A DNA stretch of 64,000 nucleotides from Octopus sinensis (taxonomy: Eukaryota): positions 113,336,001 to 113,400,000 of the forward strand of contig NC_043002.1 of NCBI RefSeq assembly GCF_006345805.1, in the 5' to 3' direction. The notes beneath the pieces are model-generated. The model worked only from the letters and a program-made list of their open reading frames with translations, ran no database searches and was not told the origin of the DNA. Each line of letters starts with the position of its first letter. The first letter of the stretch is position 1. Of this stretch, positions 36,809-49,798 are shown piece after piece. The position numbers and the translations under genes are program-made.

Positions 36809-39330
36809 ACGTTTTTCAAATAACTATACGTTCTAACACTACGCAGACATTGGAAAGTTCTTAGTGCCGTTATTTTGCCGAATCAGTGAATTATTTTCAC
36901 ATAAAATGCCCTTGTCATTCTTAGACCTCAGTAGCTATCACTGGACAACGCTTCGCTAAGGAGGTCTAATAAGACAGAAGCACTTTAGGGTGATCACCGT
37001 AGCAAACAATCATCAGATTCCTACCTAATATCGGTTTCAAGTTCTGGCAAAAGGACAGTAATTTCGGTGTTGGTGTAAGTCGATGATATCTACTCTAGTG
37101 ACCAGCTGGTACTTATTTTATCGATCCCGATAGGGATGAAAACCAAAGCCGACTTCGGAGGGATTTGAGCTCAAAACATAAAAACCTACGAACTGCTACT
37201 AAACATTTTGCCCGGCATACTCACGATTCTGCCAGCTTGCCGCTTTAGTTTCTTCCCTAATATCTTTTCTATTATGCGCACAAGACCTGACATTTTGAGG
37301 GAGGGGGATAATCAATTACATGGGCCCCAGTGTGTAACTGGTAATTATTTCATCGACCCGAAAAGTAAAGTAAGCCTCGGTGGAAATTGAACTCAGAACG
37401 TAAAGACACACGAAGTACTGCTAAGCATTTTGCCCGGTGTGCTAACGATTCTTCCATCTCGTCGCCTTAGTTTCATGCCCAATAAGGTCCTTTAATTTAA
37501 GGCCGTTTGGAATTGCGGAAGTTCTTTCTTTGTGCTCGCTTTTCTTTAATGCTACGATGCATTAAGTATAGAAGCCGACACCAAAGTATATACTTCCCAT
37601 ACAGAAAATATTCTTTTGAAATATTTCAGTGTCACTGTATACCTTCGTGATCTATGTATTTGCGCGTATGTGTTGCTCACAGACCCACACATACACATGT
37701 ATCATGGTGCCAATAAATGTCCTTATGAATATAAAATGTCTGCAGGCGTAGCTGTGTAGTAAGAAGCTTGCTTTCCAACCACACGGTTTTGGGTTCAGTC
37801 CCACTGTGTGACACCTAGGGCAAGTGTCTTCTCCTATGGCCGTGGCCCGACCAAAGCCTTATGAGTGGATTTGGTAAACGGAAACTGAAAGAAGCCCGTC
37901 GTATGTATGTGTGTGTGTATTTATGTGCGTGTGTGTTTTTGTGTTTATGTTTGTCCCCCCACCCTCAATTATTTGACAACAGATGTTTGTGTGTTTATGT
38001 CCACGTAAACTAATAGTTCGGCAAAAGAGACCGATGGAATAAGTACTAGACTTAGATAGAATAAGTCCTAGGGTCGATTTCTTCAACTAAAAGCCCTTTT
38101 AACTTGGTGCTCCAGCATGGCCGCAGTCAAATGACTGAAACAAGTAGCAGAATAAAAGAATTTACTTTGTGCTTCTAACTGTTAAATTTTCGCCTACAAT
38201 AGAAGCTTTATGATGAGCGTTAACCGAAATGGTTAACAAAGGATACTCAAATACCATATCATATCCGCGCCCTAACCGCACTCAACCACAGACACAATAT
38301 ATATAACACCCAGTTAAAATGTATTCAGTGCACAGACAGTACACTACATTTGTTAAAAGTATTTTAGTAATTGAATGAATGAATACTAAAACCTCATAAA
38401 AACAGTGAATTTGAATAATTAAAATCTCATTAAAAAAATTAAATTTGATACTAATTTACTAGCTTCTATGAGATTTTACTCAAAACTAACAATATATTAC
38501 AAGTACTAGAATTGAAGCCGTCATTTGATAAACTACTAGCGAGAACAAACTTCAACAAGGAATATAAACGCTATGTATTGTAGAACATGTAAACAGACAA
38601 TTTGTATACACCATATGTCCATGGATTAAGTGGTAACAGCTGTACACGTTTTTCAAATAACTATACGTTCTAACACTACGCAGACATTGGAAATTTCTTA
38701 GTGCCGTTATTTTGCCGAATCAGTGAATTATTTTCACATAAAATGCCATTGTCATTCTAAGACCTCAGCAGCTATGACTGGACAATACTTCGCTAAGAAG
38801 GTCTAATTAGATAGAAAACTTCAGGGTGATCACCGTAGCAAACAATCATCAGATTCCTACCTAATATCGGTTTCAAGTTCTGGCAAAAGGACAGTAATTT
38901 CGGTGTTGGTGTCGACCGCGATGAGGATGAAAACCAAAGCCGACTTCGGAGGGATTTGAGCTCAGAACATAAAAACCTACGAACTGCTACTAAGCATTTT
39001 GCCCGGCATACTCACGATTCTGCCAGCTTGCCGCTTTAGTTTCTTCCCTAATATCTTTTCTATTATATGCACAAGACCTGACATTTTGAGGGAGGAGGAT
39101 AATCTATTACATGGGCCCCAGTGTGTAACTGGTAATGATTTCATCGACCCGAAAAGTAAAGTAAGCCTCGGTGGAAATTGAACTCAGAACGTAAAGACAC
39201 ACGAAGTACTGCTAAGCATTTTGCCCGGTGTGCTAACGATTCTTCCATCTCGTCGCCTTAGTTTCATGCCCAATATCGTCCTTTAATTTAAGGCCGTTTG
39301 GAATTGCGGAAGTTCTTTCTTTGAGCTCGC
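36809..39330. repeat. Direct segmental duplication: 36809-37539 and 38646-39330
   Basis: Unique AT-rich sequence plus two SINE-B remnants repeated with scattered substitutions and a deletion of roughly 50 bp in copy 2. Confidence 0.9.
37743..38160 (+). mobile_element. SINE-C, full length
   Basis: Intact head gctgtgtagtaagaagcttgctttcc and tail aagtagcagaataaaaga. Confidence 0.85.
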
Positions 39331-39462
39331 ATACCTTTGATCACAACAAACAAACCATTTGTGCAGGTTGTTCCGCAAGATATTGTAGAACCGACTTTCT
39401 CAGACTACGAGACACTACAGGGTGATCATGAATCGAATACATTGTATTATACGTCTTACTCA

Positions 39463-39852
39463 GTGGAGTCGCAATGGCCCAGTGATTAGGGCAGCGGACT
39501 AGCGGTCGTAGGATCGCGGTTTCGATTCCCAGACCGGGCGTTGTGAGTGTTTATTGAGCGAAAACACCTAAAGCTCCACGAGGCTCCGGCAGGGATGGTG
39601 GTGATCCCTGCTGTACTCTTTCAGCACAACTTTCTCTCACTCTTACTTCCTGTTTCTGTTGTACCTGTATTTCAAAGGGCCGGCCTTGTCACTCTCTGTG
39701 TCACGCTGAATATCCCCGAGAACTGCGTTAAGGGTACACGTTTCTGTGGAGTGCTCAGCCACTTACACGTTAATCTCACGAGCAGGCTGTTCCGTTGATC
39801 GGATCAACCAGAACCCTCGTCGTCGTAACCGACGGAGTGCTTCCATCCATCC
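39463..39852 (+). mobile_element. SINE-A, full length
   Basis: TSD actcagtg at 39458-39465 and 39853-39860; (CCAT)n tail. Confidence 0.9.
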
Positions 39853-40091
39853 ACTCAGTGTGATCTACCGTCGGAAAGATGTATCCTCCTGTGCTGCAAC
39901 TGGACACATCATCAGTGATGTTTCCTGGGTTTATTAAACGTTTCGAGTGAACAACAATATCTAAATTAGGCCAGATTGTTAAAGATCTAATAGTTCCAGT
40001 AACCGCCCACTGACATCTGTTTTGGTTAGTATGCGTTCATGCAAATTATTGTGAATGTGTGTTTTACTCAACGCATATTGGTGTTACTATA

Positions 40092-40539
40092 CTCTTTACT
40101 CTCTTTTACTTGTTTCAGTCATTTGACTGCGGCCATGCTGGAGCACCGCCTTTAGTCGAGCAAATCGACCCCGGGACTTATTCTTTGTAAGCCCAGTACT
40201 TATTCTATCGGTCTCTTTGCCGAACCGCTAAGTGACGGGGACGTAAACACACCAGCATCGGCTGTCAAGCAATGCTAGGGGGACAAACACAGACACACAA
40301 ACACATACACACATACATATATATATATATACATATATACGACAGGCTTCTTTCAGTTTCCGTCTACCAAATCCACTCACAAGGCATTGGTCGGCCCAGG
40401 GCTAAAGCAGAAGACACTTGTGTTTGTGTGTGTGTGGTGTGTGTTTGTGTGTGTGTGTGTTTGTGTGTGTGTGTTTGTGTGTGTGTTGTGTTTGTGTGTG
40501 TTTGTGTGTGTGTGTGTGTGTTTGTGTGTGTGTGGTGTT

Positions 40540-40570
<31 letters not shown>

Positions 40571-40597
40571 TTGTGTGTGTGTTTGTGTGTGTGTGTT

Positions 40598-40653
<56 letters not shown>

Positions 40654-41290
40654 TGTGTATGCTTGTGTGTGTGTGTATGTGAGTGTGCGTCTATATATCA
40701 GACCAATGGATACATATGTGTATATGCGTGTGTGTGAGGGGTTACTTATGCACACACACACATACACACACACATACACACGCACAAACACGCAAATATC
40801 CATAAGTAACGAAGTAGAAAATGAGAAGGGCTTCTGTATGTTGTAGTTCTTGCGTTTGGGTGTGTATTACTCTCTCTCTTTTACTCTTTTACTTGTTTCA
40901 GTCATTTGACTGCGGCCATGCTGGGGCACCGCCTTTAATCGAGCAACTCGACCTCGGGACTTATTCTTTTGTAAGCCCAGTACTTATTCTATCGGTCTCT
41001 TTTGCCGAACCGCTAAGAGACGGGGACGTAAACACACCACCATCGGTTGTCAAACAATGCTAGAGGTACAAACACAGACACACAAACACACACACATACA
41101 TACATATACATATATATACATATATACGACAGGCTTCTTTCAGTTTCCGTCTACCAAATCCACTCACAAGGCATTGGTCGGCCCAGGGCTAAAGCAGAAG
41201 ACACTTGCCCAAGATGCCACGCAGTGGGACTGAACCCGAAACCATGTGGTTGGTTAGCAAGCTACTTACCACACAGCCACTCCTGCGCCT
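40092..41290 (-). mobile_element. SINE-C containing a 787-bp insertion (40421-41207) matching the 50.5-52.0 kb locus
   Basis: 80 bp duplicated at 40341-40420 and 41128-41207; 40660-41127 nearly identical to 51582-52049. Confidence 0.8.
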
Positions 41291-41799
41291 ATATGTCTAT
41301 ATAAAGATGTTCATGCGATTGATTTAAGATTTAATTGCTACACTTTGCACGAGATGTTAATTTGTTGACGCCCTTTTGTTCAGACTCATAAAATCATCGA
41401 TAAGATGAGAAATCAATTCCGATTCCTTACTGATCTGATCCGTTGAAATTTGCATAGTTTTAGTTTATGCGCAAAGGAACGAAGCGTCCCTACCATTTAT
41501 TTCTGTCGATCACATAAATTTTTCGCAAGAATTTTTTTTATAAGTTTCTCTAATTTTAGAGAAAAACCAACCAAATACACAGCACCTTTACTTTCGATGT
41601 AGAAAAGCTTTTCTCAAACACCAAATAGAAGTTTATAGTTCAAAGAGAATTTTAATCGGTGACGAGTTTAATTGGTAAATTATGAGTCTGAGAACATTTT
41701 TCCAAGTCCCTCTTCATTTGTGTAGAATAGTTAGAGTACACTACACATCCATCAACCGAGTTCGCTGATATTCTTGTGAAAAATATCGATGATGCAGGT

Positions 41800-42220
41800 A
41801 ATAATTCTACATTGGGAAGACAGCGAGCTGACAAAATCATTACTGAGCCAGGCGAAATGCTTTGCGGCATTTCGTCCGTCATCACGTTCTCAAGTCAAAT
41901 TCCGCCGAGGTTGACTTTACCTTCCATCCTTTCGGAGTCATAAAATAAGTACCAGCTAAGTACTGGGGTTAATGTAATCGACTGGCGCCTTTCTCCAAAA
42001 TTGCTGGCCTTGTCCCAAAATTTGATACTAATATTTCTACTTTGGACAAAAGGGCGAGTTGGCAGTATTGTTACTGCACCGGGCAAAATGTTTAACAGCA
42101 TTTTGTCTGTCTTTACGTTCTGAGTTGAAATACTGCCGAGGTTTAGTACTGGGGTCAATGTGATTGACTTACCCACTCCCATGAACTTGCTGGCCTTGTG
42201 CCAACATTTGAAACTATTAT
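41800..42220. mobile_element. Cluster of SINE-B fragments in both orientations
   Basis: caaattccgccgagg, taagtaccag and gccttgtgcc motifs. Confidence 0.7.
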
Positions 42221-42333
42221 TACTATTCTGAACACAGAAGTTTTATTGTTGATTGGTTTGTGATATCGTGTTGTGTTCTTTTCTGTGTATGCTTGAGAGT
42301 GGATGAGTGTGAGAGCGTGAATGCGCGCTCGCG

Positions 42334-42410
<77 letters not shown>

Positions 42411-43803
42411 TTACACGCGGATTAGGAAGCTTTTCCACCTTTTCCTCTTCTCTGAATGTGATACGTTGTCTCATATGTTTTCCACATCTTCGAATATTAA
42501 ATGTAATTAAATGCCGCATTCTGAACATGTGCTATATGTACCTACGAGTACATGAATTTAGAGACGTTAATGCCAGAGAGCAAAATAGGCGTGATTCTAA
42601 GTATATGTGTACATATAGTAGCACTTGTTCGCCTGCGTATATGCGTATGTTCTGATATATCTGAAGTCATATCTAAGGCTTTTTAAGTATCAAACGTCAT
42701 TTTGTCATTTCGTCAAGGAGAATTAAGATTTAACCAGATAAGCATTCTATAGGAACAGCTTAATATTTCTATTTCCTAGCTCCAACATTGGGTGTAACTA
42801 GTCTATCTCATGACTTCTTGTCATAAAGGAAATCAACTGATTAATATTCAATAAATAGTTTTAAAGGTCCACATGAAAGTATTTAACATTTCAGGAAATC
42901 CCCGTTTTCTTCTCTTTCTTCTCATTATTTCGTACTTCTGGGATTTAATTTTTTCCTTATTTTTCTTTGGTTTCATTTTCAGCGTTCTGTTGCTTTCTTC
43001 TCTTCATACTTTTGTCTCCCTCCCTAATCTCAAATTCTCAACACGACAACGCAAAACATGATTAGCCCCATAAGCTAACGTGAAAGCTTCTACAGGGTCA
43101 CTCAAGCAGCTAGACATAGCAGCCAGAACTCTATTGTGTTCTACACAACCATCATCAAAAGGCAAAATAAGAAAGAAAGAAAAGAAAAAGAGAATTCCCC
43201 TTTCATTACCAACCCGGCTGAAACCGGCTCTGGCTCTGTAGTACAAATGTCTTGTTTTCATAAATTTTATATTAAAATCTTCCACCAAACTTTAGTCACA
43301 ATTTATGTTCCTAACACTAGCTTAATGATAACTAAGTTATTTTACTAAATTTTTTTGTCATAATCAAAGTAATTGAAAGAAACACAGAGCATCTCAAAAT
43401 AAATACAGTAACGAAAGGGTTAAATACTGTATCTGAAAAAATGTCGAGATAGTCGCCGCTGAAAGCTTTCATTTTAAGACAGCTTAGTAGAAGTTATCCA
43501 GTGGTTAACAAAAAGAAATCTATCGCATGCTATTCATTTTATTTTACAAAAGTGTACATTTTTGTAATTGTTTCTTTTTTCTTCTAACCTTTTCCATTCA
43601 TCTGTTAATGTTGTCTCTCAAATTGCCAAACATTCTTCTCATCTTGCTTCAGATTTCCATCATTTCAATTGTCATATTAATACAAACTTTAGTTACAAAC
43701 CATGAAAGGTGGAATCATGCCAGTAAGATATGCTTATGTACGAATATATATAGTATCTATAGAGACAGACAGGCCCAAAAACACACTCACACACACACAC
43801 AAA

Positions 43804-43837
<34 letters not shown>

Positions 43838-43840
<3 letters not shown>

Positions 43841-44401
43841 TACCGTCAGAAATTAATTAGCACCCTTGATTTGCTCACCATGAAGCATGGTGGGGGTGGT
43901 CTGATGGTGTGAGGGGCGTTCAGCTACAGTGGTGTTGGGCGGCTCTATGCCGTCGAAGGCAACATCAACGCAGCAAAGTACGTTGAGATAGTACGGGATA
44001 CCTCTTTGGTGGCGAGGAGTACGTGCTGGCCAGTCACCTGACCTGAACCCTATTGAGAACCTCTGGAGTCGATTGGGTAGGGATTTGAATGTGCAGCAAT
44101 ACAGGAACCGACACGAGCTGTTTGGGGCACTTCTTGCTGCATGAGGGGCCATCCCTGCACAGTAACTGCAGGCCCTCATAGACAGCATGCCGACCCGCGT
44201 AGCAGCTGTCATTGCTGCCAAAGGAGGAGCAACAAGATATTGACTAAATTTCACGATTAATAACAATTATGTGGTGTGCTGGGATATGTTTTAATAAATT
44301 TTTGATTGAAAACGAGTTCATTTCTGATAATAAGTTAATTAAATTAAGAAAATGTAAGAAAATGTAGAAATTTGAGAAGTGCTAATTAATTTCCGACGCA
44401 A

Positions 44402-44404
<3 letters not shown>
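43838..44404 (+). mobile_element. Tc1 transposon internal-deletion derivative in (TA)n
   Basis: TIR cactaccgtcagaaattaattagcac / gtgctaattaatttccgacgcaagtg; 43877-44243 encodes KHGGGGLMV.G, SPDLNPIENLW, SMPTRVAAVIAAKGGATRY*. Confidence 0.92.
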
Positions 44405-44462
<58 letters not shown>

Positions 44463-44531
44463 AAGTCAATGATATCTTCGCAAGCATTTTCTCGTGAAAT
44501 ATTTGCTCCGTATATATATTTATATATATAT

Positions 44532-45858
44532 ACTAGCTGAAGGTGACTCGCTCTACGCGCGGGTGAGTGTGTGGTTGTTACTTTCTGTTGCTTCCTTTCT
44601 GTTTCTTATTGCCACATTCGTATCTTTTCGGTTTGAACGGCAGTTTTTTAAAATAATTTCCACGTAACTAAACACTTTTAAACTTCGTATACTGGTAGAA
44701 TGTTTTTATAAAACATCTTTTTCTCTTGGCTTTATTGAGAAAATTCTATAGTTTGTAAGATATTTGTTGTTGTTTTTCTTCAATTTCTGCAATTTCAACC
44801 AATCAATGACGTCTATTGAGGTGAAAACATTCTGTGCTGTATGAATATGTCCCTCGTTTAAGAAACAGATTGGGTTTATTTACATTTCTGAATGAAAAAG
44901 ATACCCTTCTCCCCACCCCAAACCCTAACCCTAACCCTAACCCTAAAACAGATTGAAATGTAATAGATCGATACTAGGGTCATAAGTATGGGTGACAATT
45001 TCATATGACACCGCTAGAAAAAACTGCCGTTCAAACCGAAAAGATTCCCACATTCTCCTTCTTTGTTTCTCTCTCCTTTCTCACTTTCCCACTCTCTTAC
45101 TCTTCCTTTCTCTCGGACTCTCCCTCGCTTTGTCTTACTCTCTATCTTTCTCTATCAATCTCTCTCCCATTTATATAGTACAAAAGATCTTGAGTAAGTT
45201 GAGAAACAAAATATTTCGAAAGATCAATCATGAATATCAGGCAGTGACAACGGAAAGGTCTGTTTCAAGGCGGACAGCAAAGCCCTAACATTTAAAAGGG
45301 ACAGACGAACTTGCGAGCTGAATAAAAATTTTAAAATATTGGAAACCAAATTTTGAAGGGATAGAATCTGAGGATAGTAGATTCGCCATGTCTGGCATTT
45401 CTTAACGACGGACAGCAACGTACTGGCAGTTTAACGGCTGGCTGAACTTGATGTAAAAGAAAATTCCTAAACACCAAGTTTTGAAGTGATTCTTTCTCAC
45501 GACAGTAGACTCACCATGGCAGGCACTCAAAACTTCTTTATGACGGACGGCAACACATTGACGATTTGAAGGCTGGCGCAAATTTTTTAGCTTGATGTAA
45601 CAGAGAATTCCTAAACACCCGCTCCTGTAAATTTTAATCCCCTTCCAGCCCCATTTAGACCCCTTTTCACATTTTGGTTAATATAACCCGATTTATTCAG
45701 GTCTACTCGGGCCACATTTTAAAAGATGAGGAATTTTGTCCTAGAGGTCACGCCTTTCATTTGAGGAAAAAAATAGTTGCCATGCAAACTCGCCAGCACT
45801 TTTAACATAGGTGTGCATATTTTCAGCTCAACCGACCATATAATGCACACATTATATA

Positions 45859-45896
<38 letters not shown>

Positions 45897-45997
45897 GCAC
45901 TAAATGTATATATGTACATATATACGCATTATATGTGTGTGTGTACGCATTATGTATACAAATGTATACAAATTATACACACACACACACACACACA

Positions 45998-46028
<31 letters not shown>

Positions 46029-46825
46029 AATGCAGGTATATACAATTTGTATATATACATTATATATACATATTTATATATAGATACACACACACACACA
46101 GATATAAATTAACCCAATAAATATCTTATTCATAAAATTTGTTCTCATGATTGTGTGGTGGTGGTGTTGGCGATAATAATTTTCTCTATGAATGCAGACA
46201 GACGTACAGAGAGAGAGAGAGAGACAGAGAGGTGGGAGAAAGTGTGACAGAGCTGTCGAAGGTGGCGGGAGAAAGAGAGTGGAAACTGTCAAACGTCGTT
46301 ATAGATCGAAATTGGAGGGAAGGGAGGAAAGAGAGAGAGAGAAAGAGACGAAGGAAGAGAGGTAGATATGCGAAAGAGAGAAACGGCAATTCATATTTGT
46401 TCTCATGATTGTGTGGTGATGGTGGCAATAATAATTATCTCTATGAATGCAGACAGACGTAGAGAGAGAGGGATGTGGAGGAAAAAAGTGACAGCGCTAG
46501 TGAAGGTGGCGGGAGAAAGATAGTAGAAGGTGTCAAACGTCGTTATAGAGAGAACGTGAAGGGAGGGGAGGAAAGAGAGAGAGAGACGGAGGAAGACAGG
46601 CAGATAAGAGAAAGGGAGAAACGACAAACACTTGTCAAAGTGTGGGTTTTCTTACCCTAGTAACCACAGCTTTCTAACCTAGCCCACTCACATCCTCGCC
46701 TCGTTTTACATGTCCCTGTAAATTTTGGAGCGAATCCGACGGGATCTATTGCCCTTTAACCCGTTCCAATGCCAAAACCAGACAAACAAACAAACTTTTC
46801 GCATTTCAGATTTATATATATTGAT
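44532..46825 (+). mobile_element. Probable Helitron/DINE-like composite with internal tandem repeats (about 140 bp at 45400-45630; about 255 bp at 46138-46630)
   Basis: actagct...ctacgcgcggg start; (acaa)n-cttttcgcatt...tatatattgat end; may be several separate pieces. Confidence 0.45.
44622..45045. mobile_element. MITE with 28-bp TIRs carrying (CCCTAA)4
   Basis: atcttttcggtttgaacggcagtttttt inverted at 44622-44649 and 45018-45045; telomeric hexamers at 44923-44946. Confidence 0.85.
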
Positions 46826-47324
46826 ATATATACATATTAATAGTTATCGCCATACTAATATAGTAGTCTATAAATATAAGACTAAAGCTGTCGCTGATTA
46901 GCTCCAAGAGGCCATCGCCTCTACCTAGCTATTTGACACACGAACCTGCGTCCATTACAAACCTTCGAAACTGTATGCAAAATGCTTGTATGTTTACTCT
47001 TTCTCGGCTAACTTCACCGACTAGCCACCGCCTTCAAGAGTCTTTCACTAATACTTTCATATCAAAATACGAAATTCAAAGTTGATATTGCTGTAAATAA
47101 CAATAACAGTCAAACGTGATATTGAAGGTATATTTTTTTCGAATGTTTTCATTCTCACTACATGCTTTTATAAATACAGGTCTATATTATCTACTTATAA
47201 ACATTCATACGCATAACATATACACATGCATGCATGAATGCATGCTAACTACATACATACATACAACATACATAATACATACATACATACATACATACAT
47301 ACATACATGTAAATATATATATAT

Positions 47325-47366
<42 letters not shown>

Positions 47367-48074
47367 CCTTTTTTTCATTCTAGACATGTTCAGTATATTT
47401 GGACGTGAATATGCTTTTCACTGTTGGATTTCGTTCTCGGAGAACAACTTCTTGTAACTGATGTGTTTTGATATCTCGCACGTTTCTGTGAGGAAACGGA
47501 CTCTGAGATAAACGGTATATTGTTGATGCATATGGAAACCAGGGAAGCTAACATCAAATTGTTGTAAGCATGAAAAACAAAAAGAACCAAACAATGGTGT
47601 GCATGTTCATTCTTAAAACATCTCAGCAGATATGGATGTAAGTATGCTTACAGACTTCAGCAAATATCTATAACTAGGAATGTTCGTCCCTGTTTAGTTC
47701 AGAGGTGTTTCTAACTCAGGGTGCACATTCAGGTTCTAACACCAGTGCCTCAGAATCTGGCACGTCTCTGAAGCTTGTGTAAAGTGAACACATTGTCTGA
47801 AGGGAGTTCTTCTCCGAAGATCTATGGTATAACTATGTCCAAATATGTCGGAATGTGTTAAAATCAATAAACACATCATTGCTTCGATTTTCGCTGTTTT
47901 ACGTGCAAATAATAATGCAATATACAAACATATAAACATATGTGTGTATGTATGTAAGTATGTATGTATGTATGTATGTATGTATGTATGTATGTATGTA
48001 TGTGTGTGTGTATGTATGTATGTATGTATGTATGTATGTATTATCTATCTATAATCTAATCTATCTATCTTATT

Positions 48075-48447
48075 TTTTCTCTCCTTCTTTCTGTGTTTTT
48101 TTTTCTCTCTGTGTATCTTCTGTTGAAGAGCGTAGGCTCGAAACGTTAAAGACTTGTTTTATTTATATTTCCTGAGCGCCATACTAATACAATTGTTTGT
48201 TGTTTCCCCACCTGCCTTCGTCTTTTGTCTATTTTCATAAAGCTTCCCGTTATCTATCTATATATATATATATAACGGGAAGCTTTATGAAAATAAACAA
48301 AAGACGAAGGCAGGTGGAAAACAAACGAACAATTGTATTAGTATGGCGCTCAGGAAATATAAATAAAACAAGTCTTTTACGTTTCGAGCCTACGCTCTTC
48401 AACAGAAAGATACACAGAAAAGAAACACGGAGAGAAACAAGGAGAGG
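48075..48447. mobile_element. Tail-to-tail inverted pair of pLTRs around a (TA)n spacer, each with an A6U hammerhead motif
   Basis: Arms about 48075-48252 and 48273-48447, a few mismatches; CTGTTGA-A-gagc-gtag-gctc-GAAAC-GT(T/A). Confidence 0.85.
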
Positions 48448-48741
48448 AAAAAAATGCGTGCAGAAGCTAGTGAATCAACATGGCGATATATATACATGTG
48501 GGTGCATCATAGCTGTGTTGAGAGGAATGATTTGGGGCTTGAATAATTCACCTCTGGAAAGATGGATGTTTCATTCAACATCCTTAAGTAAGCTTCGTTC
48601 AAAGAGTTTTTGAACGGGTTGGGCTACTCGACCTGAAGAAAATACTAACTGGGCCCCACTTGCAATCAACCCCATCACACACACATATATATATTATATA
48701 TATATATATATATATATGAGTGTATATATATATATATAATA

Positions 48742-48778
<37 letters not shown>

Positions 48779-49798
48779 TCACATGAAAAAAAGTGAAGCG
48801 AAATTATCACATCTAAAAGAAAAATGTTTTCGTATATGAGTGCTTTTATGAATTCGGTGAGTGTTTAAAAGCGTGCTATATAATATACATACATGCATGC
48901 ATACACGCGCGCGCACACACACGCTAGCACACAAACACATACATACATACATGCACACATACATACATACATACATACATACATACATACATACATACAT
49001 ACATACATACATACATACATACATACATACATAAAGGGACTGTGGGTGTGTTCGCGCGTTTATGTCAGTATATGTGTACTCGTGTGTCTCTGTGTGATAA
49101 CTACGCAATCATGAACTTCACGATGTAAGCGAGGTGTTTATTCAGTGTAAGTACCATGAAGCCAATTAAAGGATTGTCGATGCCATAATCATTATTTGTA
49201 TTAACTATCGCTACACACTTTAACTTCCTCTTATCTCATACAAGAAAAGGCTTATCCCACGCTCACAATTTCTTCGACTCTGTAGATTATGCATTAAAGA
49301 GCCGGGTTTTCTTTCATATCCGAATATTGTACCAGGTTAGATTGCAGATGTTCAAAGGAAGGAATCTAAATCAGAGCCGGTGGGACGCGGGGAGGAGTTG
49401 TAAAGTGAACTTCGTAACCAGATAACCGTGGGAGCTTCAGTAAGTATCCGACTAGTGGAATCTAGGATCTAGTTTCAATAACCAGCTAAAAATCATTTTA
49501 CTTATTCTGATATTTTGGAAAAGCATGATCATCCCATCACTCCAGTTCTCTTCTAGAACTATAGAACAATAATCTTAATGAAAAGATCACTCTTTTTCTT
49601 TTCTTAATTTTCATCTCTCTCTCCTCCTTCTCTCTTGCTCTCTCTTGTTCTCTCTACTCTCCTTTCTCTCTTACTCTCGTTCCCTTGCTTATTCTTCTTC
49701 AGAAATCGAACTCATCACCTTCAGATTATCTCCTTAGTTTATATTTGTCAGGTATATCACACGATTTTATAGATCACCTACCACGGTATTCCCATTCA

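Noticed and set aside
43004-43288. 94-aa minus-strand ORF and adjacent Lys/Arg-rich stretch
   Set aside because: No recognisable domain or consistent splice structure; partly low-complexity.
44923-44946. Telomere or chromosome-fusion signal
   Set aside because: Only four hexamers, and they lie inside a TIR element.
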